Assembly: GCA_964057225.1 (NCBI GenBank)
Contig: OZ059900.1
Span: 7,936,001 to 8,000,000 of the forward strand
Direction: 5' to 3'
Source of the DNA: Auanema rhodensis
Taxonomy: Eukaryota; Animalia; Nematoda
Length of the DNA stretch: 64,000 nucleotides
The notes beneath the pieces were generated by a model. The model did not search any database, was not told the DNA's origin, and saw nothing but the letters and a program-made list of their open reading frames with translations. Shown in pieces: positions 12,544-24,239 of this stretch. Both the position numbers and the translations under genes were made by a program. How positions within the stretch are numbered: the stretch's first letter is position 1; every line of letters starts with the position of its first letter.

Positions 12544-13581
12544 TTACAAAGATTTTTCAAAATGTCCTCCTTTGGCTCTGATAACGGCTGAAATCCTCCT
12601 CCGGAAGCTGTTTATAGTGTTTTGAAGATAGTCGTCATCTAATTCGTCCCACGCTTGGAGTAGAGCTCTTTTCAAGTCATTCAAATTAGTGAATGTTTTA
12701 CCTTCCAGCTTTGCTCCTAACACTCCCCAGACTGAGAAATCCATAGGATTTAGGTCGGGCGAGTTTGAAGGCCATAAGTCCTTGCCCCAGTATCCAGGAA
12801 AATGCTCTTGGCAGAACATGATGGTACTCTTCGCGCTATGAGCTGGTGCCCAATCCTGTTGAAGAATCATTTGACCAATTGTGTAGTTTTGTTGCATCCA
12901 CGGTATCAGTACATTCTCCAAAATATCCTTCTGATATGTTGCTGCATTGATCTTAACATTTCTATCAATGAAAACAAGCGGCGTTTTGCGATTAGCGGTT
13001 ATGCCGCCCCAAACCATTACGGATTCAGGAAAAAGAGAACGAGTTGCTATAATCCTGCTGCTACTGTGAGCTTGATCTCTTGTCAGTAGCTGGCGAAAGT
13101 TTTGTCGATTGGGCAGCATTTCAATCGTGAAAATTTTTTCATCTGTGAATAGGATGTTCGACAGTTGACCGGAACGTAAAAATTCTCGGATTTTGATAGA
13201 TTTTTCAAATCTATTTATTCTTGATGTTTCTGTGAGTGCTTGTCCGCGTCCTATCCGATAACTTTTGAGATGAAGTTCGTTTTTTACGATAAAACGAACA
13301 CGTTCAGTAGAAATATTGAGCTCATGAGCCATCTTCCGCATGCTCACAGTTGAATCTCTTTCAATTCGCTTCGAAATTTTTTTTCTGACGGCCGGAACGT
13401 TGACAGTACGGGTTCTTCCAGGTTTCGGCTTTGTAGTAACATCACCAGTGTCCTTAAATTGTTTCACGATCCTGTGACATGTTGAATATGGAATTTCCAA
13501 TCTTCGAGATATTTCAGCTGCAGAGAGGCCTTGAGCTGCAAAGTGAGCGATGGCAGAGCGATGAGGGGAAGGCTTCACCAT
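12544..13581 (-). CDS. DD37D (maT-type) transposase, 345 aa, intronless and uninterrupted
   Basis: ATG at 13581, TAA at 12546-12544. Two N-terminal HTH-like segments are separated by a GRPR-like motif (GRTR, aa 55-58). Catalytic motifs: ILFTDEK (D147), VMVWGGI, QQDWAPAH (D243), WPSNSPDLNPMDFSVW (D281), with 37 residues between D243 and D281. The C-terminus has the typical KGGHFE. Confidence 0.97.
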   Translation of the reverse strand: MVKPSPHRSAIAHFAAQGLSAAEISRRLEIPYSTCHRIVKQFKDTGDVTTKPKPGRTRTVNVPAVRKKISKRIERDSTVSMRKMAHELNISTERVRFIVKNELHLKSYRIGRGQALTETSRINRFEKSIKIREFLRSGQLSNILFTDEKIFTIEMLPNRQNFRQLLTRDQAHSSSRIIATRSLFPESVMVWGGITANRKTPLVFIDRNVKINAATYQKDILENVLIPWMQQNYTIGQMILQQDWAPAHSAKSTIMFCQEHFPGYWGKDLWPSNSPDLNPMDFSVWGVLGAKLEGKTFTNLNDLKRALLQAWDELDDDYLQNTINSFRRRISAVIRAKGGHFEKSL

Positions 13582-13600
13582 TTAGATCGTAGAATGAATG

Positions 13601-13653
13601 AACTGATTTGTAGTGTTAAATTATTTTGATAAAGCCCCCGTGGATCATTATAA
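13601..13653 (-). promoter_or_regulatory. Possible Pol II core promoter of the transposase
   Basis: The minus strand has an Inr-like TCAGTT (13606-13601), an AT-rich TATCAAAA about 27 nt upstream (13631-13624) and TTATAA (13653-13648). These are short motifs in AT-rich DNA, so support is weak. Confidence 0.3.
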
Positions 13654-13703
13654 CCTAATTTGGAAAAATCTTTTGATGTTTTATTACTTTTACGACTAAT
13701 CGT

Positions 13704-13734
13704 AAAAATCTCTCAATACTTCTCACCCACCCTG
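13704..13734 (-). repeat. Terminal inverted repeat (5' end relative to transposase)
   Basis: aaaaatctctcaatacttctcacccaccctg is the exact reverse complement of 12432-12462. Confidence 0.97.
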
Positions 13735-13736
13735 TA
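13735..13736. other. TA target-site duplication (right copy)
   Basis: ccctg|TA|tatgtcc; the satellite resumes in phase. Confidence 0.95.
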
Positions 13737-15914
13737 TATGTCCAATTTTAACCACTTTGGTCAAAAAGGACCGAAAATATCAAGAATTATTGGTTTTTTG
13801 GGGTTTGAAGGGCATTTTGGCAAAATCAGTCAAACTTTTGATCTTAAGCATATTTTTTTCTTCTAAAACGACTAAATGTATGAAATACTGTCAAAGAATG
13901 TTCATATAGGTGTATTTTGCACGAATATCAAAACTGATTGAAATATGGGCCTTTTTATGCTCAAAACGCCATATATTCAACGATTTTGGGTACAAAACAT
14001 GTGAAAACTGTATGTTTTGATCAGACCCTTTGAGATAAGGATTTAAAATTCAGGATTCATAAAATTCAACTATTTTTACATATATATGTCCAATTTTAAC
14101 CACTTTGGTCAAAAAGGACCGAAAATATCAAGAATTATTGGTTTTTTGGGGTTTCAAGGGCATTTTGGCAAAATCAGTCAAACTTTTGATCTTAAGCATA
14201 TTTTTTTCTTCTAAAACGACTAAATGTATGAAATACTGTCATAGAATGTTCATATAGGTGTATTTTGCACGAATATCAAAACTGATTGAAATATGGGCCT
14301 TTTTATGCTCAAAACGCCATATATTCAACGATTTTGGGTACAAAACATGTGAAAACTGTATGTTTTGATCAGACCCTTTGAGATATGGATTTAAAATTCA
14401 GGATTCAAAAAATTTGACTATTTTTACATATATATGTCCAATTTTAACCACTTTGGTCAAAAAGGACCGAAAATATCAAGAATTATTGGTTTTTTGGGGT
14501 TTGAAGGGCATTTTGGCAAAATCAGTCAAACTTTTGATCTTAAGCATATTTTTTTCTTCTAAAACGACTAAATGTATGAAATACTGTCATAGAATGTTCA
14601 TATAGGTGTATTTTGCACGAATATCAAAACTGATTGAAATATGGGCCTTTTTATGCTCAAAACGCCATATATTCAACGATTTTGGGTACAAAACATGTGA
14701 AAACTGTATGTTTTGATCAGACCCTTTGAGATATGGATTTGAAATTCAGGATTCATAAACTTCGACTATTTCTACATATATATGTCCAATTTTAACCACT
14801 TTGGTCAAAAAGGACCGAAAATATCAAGAATTATTGGTTTTTTGGGGTTTGAAGGGCATTTTGGCAAAATCAGTCAAACTTTTGATCTTAAGCATATTTT
14901 TTTCTTCTAAAACGACTAAATGTATGAAATACTGTCAAAGAATGTTCATATAGGTGTATTTTGCACGAATATCAAAACTGATTGAAATATGGGCCTTTTT
15001 ATGCTCAAAACGCCATATATTCAACGATTTTGGGTACAAAACATGTGAAAACTGTATGTTTTGATCAGACCCTTTGAGATATGGATTTAAAATTCAGGAT
15101 TCATAAAATTCAACTATTTTTACATATATATGTCCAATTTTAACCACTTTGGTCAAAAAGGACCGAAAATATCAAGAATTATTGGTTTTTTGGGGTTTGA
15201 AGGGCATTTTGGCAAAATCAGTCAAACTTTTGATCTTAAGCATATTTTTTTCTTCTAAAACGACTAAATGTATGAAATACTGTCATAGAATGTTCATATA
15301 GGTGTATTTTGCACGAATATCAAAACTGATTGAAATATGGGCCTTTTTATGCTCAAAACGCCATATATTCAACGATTTTGGGTACAAAACATGTGAAAAC
15401 TGTATGTTTTGATCAGACCCTTTGAGATATGGATTTAAAATTCAGGATTCATAAAATTTGACTATTTTTACATATATATGTCCAATTTTAACCACTTTGG
15501 TCAAAAAGGACCGAAAATATCAAGAATTATTGGTTTTTTGGGGTTTGAAGGGCATTTTGGCAAAATCAGTCAAACTTTTGATCTTAAGCATATTTTTTTC
15601 TTCTAAAACGACTAAATGTATGAAATACTGTCAAAGAATGTTCATATAGGTGTATTTTGCACGAATATCAAAACTGATTGAAATATGGGCCTTTTTATGC
15701 TCAAAACGCCATATATTCAACGATTTTGGGTACAAAACATGTGAAAACTGTATGTTTTGATCAGACCCTTTGAGATATGGATTTAAAATTCAGGATTCAT
15801 AAAATTCAACTATTTTTACATATATATGTCCAATTTTAACCACTTTGGTCAAAAAGGACCGAAAATATCAAGAATTATTGGTTTTTTGGGGTTTGAAGGG
15901 CATTTTGGCAAAAT

Positions 15915-18900
15915 CAGTCAAACTTTTGATCTTAAGCATATTTTTTTCTTCTAAAACGACTAAATGTATGAAATACTGTCATAGAATGTTCATATAGGTG
16001 TATTTTGCACGAATATCAAAACTGATTGAAATATGGGCCTTTTTATGCTCAAAACGCCATATATTCAACGATTTTGGGTACAAAACATGTGAAAACTGTA
16101 TGTTTTGATCAGACCCTTTGAGATATGGATTTAAAATTCAGGATTCAAAAAATTTGACTATTTTTACATATATATGTCCAATTTTAACCACTTTGGTCAA
16201 AAAGGACCGAAAATATCAAGAATTATTGGTTTTTTGGGGTTTGAAGGGCATTTTGGCAAAATCAGTCAAACTTTTGATCTTAAGCATATTTTTTTCTTCT
16301 AAAACGACTAAATGTATGAAATACTGTCATAGAATGTTCATATAGGTGTATTTTGCACGAATATCAAAACTGATTGAAATATGGGCCTTTTTATGCTCAA
16401 AACGCCATATATTCAACGATTTTGGGTACAAAACATGTGAAAACTGTATGTTTTGATCAGACCCTTTGAGATAAGGATTTAAAATTCAGGATTCATAAAA
16501 TTCAACTATTTTTACATATATATGTCCAATTTTAACCACTTTGGTCAAAAAGGACCGAAAATATCAAGAATTATTGGTTTTTTGGGGTTTCAAGGGCATT
16601 TTGGCAAAATCAGTCAAACTTTTGATCTTAAGCATATTTTTTTCTTCTAAAACGACTAAATGTATGAAATACTGTCATAGAATGTTCATATAGGTGTATT
16701 TTGCACGAATATCAAAACTGATTGAAATATGGGCCTTTTTATGCTCAAAACGCCATATATTCAACGATTTTGGGTACAAAACATGTGAAAACTGTATGTT
16801 TTGATCAGACCCTTTGAGATATGGATTTAAAATTCAGGATTCAAAAAATTTGACTATTTTTACATATATATGTCCAATTTTAACCACTTTGGTCAAAAAG
16901 GACCGAAAATATCAAGAATTATTGGTTTTTTGGGGTTTGAAGGGCATTTTGGCAAAATCAGTCAAACTTTTGATCTTAAGCATATTTTTTTCTTCTAAAA
17001 CGACTAAATGTATGAAATACTGTCATAGAATGTTCATATAGGTGTATTTTGCACGAATATCAAAACTGATTGAAATATGGGCCTTTTTATGCTCAAAACG
17101 CCATATATTCAACGATTTTGGGTACAAAACATGTGAAAACTGTATGTTTTGATCAGACCCTTTGAGATATGGATTTGAAATTCAGGATTCATAAACTTCG
17201 ACTATTTCTACATATATATGTCCAATTTTAACCACTTTGGTCAAAAAGGACCGAAAATATCAAGAATTATTGGTTTTTTGGGGTTTGAAGGGCATTTTGG
17301 CAAAATCAGTCAAACTTTTGATCTTAAGCATATTTTTTTCTTCTAAAACGACTAAATGTATGAAATACTGTCAAAGAATGTTCATATAGGTGTATTTTGC
17401 ACGAATATCAAAACTGATTGAAATATGGGCCTTTTTATGCTCAAAACGCCATATATTCAACGATTTTGGGTACAAAACATGTGAAAACTGTATGTTTTGA
17501 TCAGACCCTTTGAGATATGGATTTAAAATTCAGGATTCATAAAATTCAACTATTTTTACATATATATGTCCAATTTTAACCACTTTGGTCAAAAAGGACC
17601 GAAAATATCAAGAATTATTGGTTTTTTGGGGTTTGAAGGGCATTTTGGCAAAATCAGTCAAACTTTTGATCTTAAGCATATTTTTTTCTTCTAAAACGAC
17701 TAAATGTATGAAATACTGTCATAGAATGTTCATATAGGTGTATTTTGCACGAATATCAAAACTGATTGAAATATGGGCCTTTTTATGCTCAAAACGCCAT
17801 ATATTCAACGATTTTGGGTACAAAACATGTGAAAACTGTATGTTTTGATCAGACCCTTTGAGATATGGATTTAAAATTCAGGATTCATAAAATTTGACTA
17901 TTTTTACATATATATGTCCAATTTTAACCACTTTGGTCAAAAAGGACCGAAAATATCAAGAATTATTGGTTTTTTGGGGTTTGAAGGGCATTTTGGCAAA
18001 ATCAGTCAAACTTTTGATCTTAAGCATATTTTTTTCTTCTAAAACGACTAAATGTATGAAATACTGTCATAGAATGTTCATATAGGTGTATTTTGCACGA
18101 ATATCAAAACTGATTGAAATATGGGCCTTTTTATGCTCAAAACGCCATATATTCAACGATTTTGGGTACAAAACATGTGAAAACTGTATGTTTTGATCAG
18201 ACCCTTTGAGATATGGATTTGAAATTCAGGATTCATAAACTTTGACTATTTTTACATATATATGTCCAATTTTAACCACTTTGGTCAAAAAGGACCGAAA
18301 ATATCAAGAATTATTGGTTTTTTGGGGTTTGAAGGGCATTTTGGCTAAATCAGTCAAACTTTTGATCTTAAGCATATTTTTTTCTTCTAAAACGACTAAA
18401 TGTATGAAATACTGTCAAAGAATGTTCATATAGGTGTATTTTGCACGAATATCAAAACTGATTGAAATATGGGCCTTTTTATGCTCAAAACGCCATATAT
18501 TCAACGATTTTGGGTACAAAACATGTGAAAACTGTATGTTTTGATCAGACCCTTTGAGATATGGATTTAAAATTCAGGATTCATAAACTTCGACTATTTT
18601 TACATATATATGTCCAATTTTAACCACTTTGGTCAAAAAGGACCAAAAATATCAAGAATTATTGGTTTTTTGGGGTTTGAAGGGCATTTTGGCAAAATCA
18701 GTCAAACTTTTGATCTTAAGCATATTTTTTTCTTCTAAAACGACTAAATGTATGAAATACTGTCATAGAATGTTCATATAGGTGTATTTTGCACGAATAT
18801 CAAAACTGATTGAAATATGGGCCTTTTTATGTTCAAAACGCCATATATTCAACGATTTTGGGTACAAAACATGTGAAAACTGTATGTTTTGATCAGACCC

Positions 18901-21900
18901 TTTGAGATATGGATTTGAAATTCAGGATTCATAAACTTTGACTATTTTTACATATATATGTCCAATTTTAACCACTTTGGTCGAAAAGGACCGAAAATAT
19001 CAAGAATTATTGGTTTTTTGGGGATTGAAGGGCATTTTGGCAAAATCAGTCAAACTTTTGATCTTAAGCATATTTTTTTCTTCTAAAACGACTAAATGTA
19101 TGAAATACTGTCATAGAATGTTCATATAGGTGTATTTTGCACGAATATCAAAACTGATTGAAATATGGGCCTTTTTATGTTCAAAACGCCATATATTCAA
19201 CGATTTTGGGTACAAAACATGTGAAAACTGTATGTTTTGATCAGACCCTTTGAGATATGGATTTGGAATTCAGGATTCATAAACTTTGACTATTTTTACA
19301 TATATATGTTCAATTTTAACCACTTTGGTCAAAAAGGACCGAAAATATCAAGAATTATTGGTTTTTTGGGGTTTGAAGGGCATTTTGGCTAAATCAGTCA
19401 AACTTTTGATCTTAAGCATATTTTTTTCTTCTAAAACGACTAAATGTATGAAATACTGTCATAGAATGTTCATATAGGTGTATTTTGCACGAATATCAGA
19501 ACTGATTGAAATATGGGCCTTTTTATGTTCAAAACGCCATATATTCAACGATTTTGGGTACAAAACATGTGAAAACTGTATGTTTTGATCAGACCCTTTG
19601 AGATATGGATTTGAAATTCAGGATTCATAAACTTTGACTATTTTTACATATATATGTCCAATTTTAACCACTTTGGTCAAAAAGGACCGAAAATATCAAG
19701 AATTATTGGTTTTTTGGGGTTTGAAGGGCATTTTGGCAAAATCAGTCAAACTTTTGATCTTAAGCATATTTTTTTCTTCTAAAACGACTAAATGTATGAA
19801 ATACTGTCATAGAATGTTCATATAGGTGTATTTTGCACGAATATCAAAACTGATTGAAATATGGGCCTTTTTATGCTCAAAACGCCATATATTCAACGAT
19901 TTTGGGTACAAAACATGTGAAAACTGTATGTTTTGATCAGACCCTTTGAGATATGGATTTAAAATTCAGGATTCATAAAATTTGACTATTTTTACATATA
20001 TATGTCCAATTTTAACCACTTTGGTCAAAAAGGACCGAAAATATCAAGAATTATTGGTTTTTTGGGGTTTGAAGGGCATTTTGGCAAAATCAGTCAAACT
20101 TTTGATCTTAAGCATATTTTTTTCTTCTAAAACGACTAAATGTATGAAATACTGTCATAGAATGTTCATATAGGTGTATTTTGCACGAATATCAAAACTG
20201 ATTGAAATATGGGCCTTTTTATGCTCAAAACGCCATATATTCAACGATTTTGGGTACAAAACATGTGAAAACTGTATGTTTTGATCAGACCCTTTGAGAT
20301 ATGGATTTGAAATTCAGGATTCATAAACTTTGACTATTTTTACATATATATGTCCAATTTTAACCACTTTGGTCAAAAAGGACCGAAAATATCAAGAATT
20401 ATTGGTTTTTTGGGGTTTGAAGGGCATTTTGGCTAAATCAGTCAAACTTTTGATCTTAAGCATATTTTTTTCTTCTAAAACGACTAAATGTATGAAATAC
20501 TGTCATAGAATGTTCATATAGGTGTATTTTGCACGAATATCAAAACTGATTGAAATATGGGCCTTTTTATGCTCAAAACGCCATATATTCAACGATTTTG
20601 GGTACAAAACATGTGAAAACTGTATGTTTTGATCAGACCCTTTGAGATATGGATTTAAAATTCAGGATTCAAAAAATTTGACTATTTTTACATATATATG
20701 TCCAATTTTAACCACTTTGGTCAAAAAGGACCGAAAATATCAAGAATTATTGGTTTTTTGGGGTTTGAAGGGCATTTTGGCAAAATCAGTCAAACTTTTG
20801 ATCTTAAGCATATTTTTTTCTTCTAAAACGACTAAATGTATGAAATACTGTCATAGAATGTTCATATAGGTGTATTTTGCACGAATATCAAAACTGATTG
20901 AAATATGGGCCTTTTTATGCTCAAAACGCCATATATTCAACGATTTTGGGTACAAAACATGTGAAAACTGTATGTTTTGATCAGACCCTTTGAGATAAGG
21001 ATTTAAAATTCAGGATTCATAAAATTCAACTATTTTTACATATATATGTCCAATTTTAACCACTTTGGTCAAAAAGGACCGAAAATATCAAGAATTATTG
21101 GTTTTTTGGGGTTTCAAGGGCATTTTGGCAAAATCAGTCAAACTTTTGATCTTAAGCATATTTTTTTCTTCTAAAACGACTAAATGTATGAAATACTGTC
21201 ATAGAATGTTCATATAGGTGTATTTTGCACGAATATCAAAACTGATTGAAATATGGGCCTTTTTATGCTCAAAACGCCATATATTCAACGATTTTGGGTA
21301 CAAAACATGTGAAAACTGTATGTTTTGATCAGACCCTTTGAGATATGGATTTAAAATTCAGGATTCAAAAAATTTGACTATTTTTACATATATATGTCCA
21401 ATTTTAACCACTTTGGTCAAAAAGGACCGAAAATATCAAGAATTATTGGTTTTTTGGGGTTTGAAGGGCATTTTGGCAAAATCAGTCAAACTTTTGATCT
21501 TAAGCATATTTTTTTCTTCTAAAACGACTAAATGTATGAAATACTGTCATAGAATGTTCATATAGGTGTATTTTGCACGAATATCAAAACTGATTGAAAT
21601 ATGGGCCTTTTTATGCTCAAAACGCCATATATTCAACGATTTTGGGTACAAAACATGTGAAAACTGTATGTTTTGATCAGACCCTTTGAGATATGGATTT
21701 GAAATTCAGGATTCATAAACTTCGACTATTTCTACATATATATGTCCAATTTTAACCACTTTGGTCAAAAAGGACCGAAAATATCAAGAATTATTGGTTT
21801 TTTGGGGTTTGAAGGGCATTTTGGCAAAATCAGTCAAACTTTTGATCTTAAGCATATTTTTTTCTTCTAAAACGACTAAATGTATGAAATACTGTCAAAG

Positions 21901-24239
21901 AATGTTCATATAGGTGTATTTTGCACGAATATCAAAACTGATTGAAATATGGGCCTTTTTATGCTCAAAACGCCATATATTCAACGATTTTGGGTACAAA
22001 ACATGTGAAAACTGTATGTTTTGATCAGACCCTTTGAGATATGGATTTAAAATTCAGGATTCATAAAATTCAACTATTTTTACATATATATGTCCAATTT
22101 TAACCACTTTGGTCAAAAAGGACCGAAAATATCAAGAATTATTGGTTTTTTGGGGTTTGAAGGGCATTTTGGCAAAATCAGTCAAACTTTTGATCTTAAG
22201 CATATTTTTTTCTTCTAAAACGACTAAATGTATGAAATACTGTCATAGAATGTTCATATAGGTGTATTTTGCACGAATATCAAAACTGATTGAAATATGG
22301 GCCTTTTTATGCTCAAAACGCCATATATTCAACGATTTTGGGTACAAAACATGTGAAAACTGTATGTTTTGATCAGACCCTTTGAGATATGGATTTAAAA
22401 TTCAGGATTCATAAAATTTGACTATTTTTACATATATATGTCCAATTTTAACCACTTTGGTCAAAAAGGACCGAAAATATCAAGAATTATTGGTTTTTTG
22501 GGGTTTGAAGGGCATTTTGGCAAAATCAGTCAAACTTTTGATCTTAAGCATATTTTTTTCTTCTAAAACGACTAAATGTATGAAATACTGTCATAGAATG
22601 TTCATATAGGTGTATTTTGCACGAATATCAAAACTGATTGAAATATGGGCCTTTTTATGCTCAAAACGCCATATATTCAACGATTTTGGGTACAAAACAT
22701 GTGAAAACTGTATGTTTTGATCAGACCCTTTGAGATATGGATTTGAAATTCAGGATTCATAAACTTTGACTATTTTTACATATATATGTCCAATTTTAAC
22801 CACTTTGGTCAAAAAGGACCGAAAATATCAAGAATTATTGGTTTTTTGGGGTTTGAAGGGCATTTTGGCTAAATCAGTCAAACTTTTGATCTTAAGCATA
22901 TTTTTTTCTTCTAAAACGACTAAATGTATGAAATACTGTCAAAGAATGTTCATATAGGTGTATTTTGCACGAATATCAAAACTGATTGAAATATGGGCCT
23001 TTTTATGCTCAAAACGCCATATATTCAACGATTTTGGGTACAAAACATGTGAAAACTGTATGTTTTGATCAGACCCTTTGAGATATGGATTTAAAATTCA
23101 GGATTCATAAACTTCGACTATTTTTACATATATATGTCCAATTTTAACCACTTTGGTCAAAAAGGACCAAAAATATCAAGAATTATTGGTTTTTTGGGGT
23201 TTGAAGGGCATTTTGGCAAAATCAGTCAAACTTTTGATCTTAAGCATATTTTTTTCTTCTAAAACGACTAAATGTATGAAATACTGTCATAGAATGTTCA
23301 TATAGGTGTATTTTGCACGAATATCAAAACTGATTGAAATATGGGCCTTTTTATGTTCAAAACGCCATATATTCAACGATTTTGGGTACAAAACATGTGA
23401 AAACTGTATGTTTTGATCAGACCCTTTGAGATATGGATTTGAAATTCAGGATTCATAAACTTTGACTATTTTTACATATATATGTCCAATTTTAACCACT
23501 TTGGTCGAAAAGGACCGAAAATATCAAGAATTATTGGTTTTTTGGGGATTGAAGGGCATTTTGGCAAAATCAGTCAAACTTTTGATCTTAAGCATATTTT
23601 TTTCTTCTAAAACGACTAAATGTATGAAATACTGTCATAGAATGTTCATATAGGTGTATTTTGCACGAATATCAAAACTGATTGAAATATGGGCCTTTTT
23701 ATGTTCAAAACGCCATATATTCAACGATTTTGGGTACAAAACATGTGAAAACTGTATGTTTTGATCAGACCCTTTGAGATATGGATTTGGAATTCAGGAT
23801 TCATAAACTTTGACTATTTTTACATATATATGTTCAATTTTAACCACTTTGGTCAAAAAGGACCGAAAATATCAAGAATTATTGGTTTTTTGGGGTTTGA
23901 AGGGCATTTTGGCTAAATCAGTCAAACTTTTGATCTTAAGCATATTTTTTTCTTCTAAAACGACTAAATGTATGAAATACTGTCATAGAATGTTCATATA
24001 GGTGTATTTTGCACGAATATCAGAACTGATTGAAATATGGGCCTTTTTATGTTCAAAACGCCATATATTCAACGATTTTGGGTACAAAACATGTGAAAAC
24101 TGTATGTTTTGATCAGACCCTTTGAGATATGGATTTGAAATTCAGGATTCATAAACTTTGACTATTTTTACATATATATGTCCAATTTTAACCACTTTGG
24201 TCAAAAAGGACCGAAAATATCAAGAATTATTGGTTTTTT
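15915..24239. repeat. Higher-order duplication, 13-monomer period (4,524 bp): about 15915-19715 repeated at about 20439-24239
   Basis: Rare variants recur at offset 4524: gtttCaaggg (16591/21115), ggaccAaaa (about 18646/23170), atcaGaac (about 19499/24023). The ORF-variant order is also identical. Confidence 0.85.

Larger units (their letters stand above)
12432..13734 (-). mobile_element. Full-length Tc1/mariner-superfamily DNA transposon, DD37D (maT) family, 1,303 bp
   Basis: Perfect 31-bp TIRs starting CAGGGTG, TA on both sides with one extra TA relative to unoccupied monomers, and a single transposase ORF with a D-D37-D triad. Confidence 0.97.

Noticed and set aside
12802-13089. 95-aa plus-strand ORF inside the transposon
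   Set aside because: It is fully antisense to the transposase and has no motif; an expected shadow ORF.
12432-13734. Bacterial IS630 element or contamination; satellite derived from this transposon
   Set aside because: The DD37D triad and AATAAA signal fit eukaryotic maT, and the junctions are precise TA duplications in phase with the array. I see no extended similarity between the monomer and the element.
13660-13866. 68-aa ORF spanning the TIR-satellite junction
   Set aside because: TTG start; a chance read-through from the TIR into a satellite frame.
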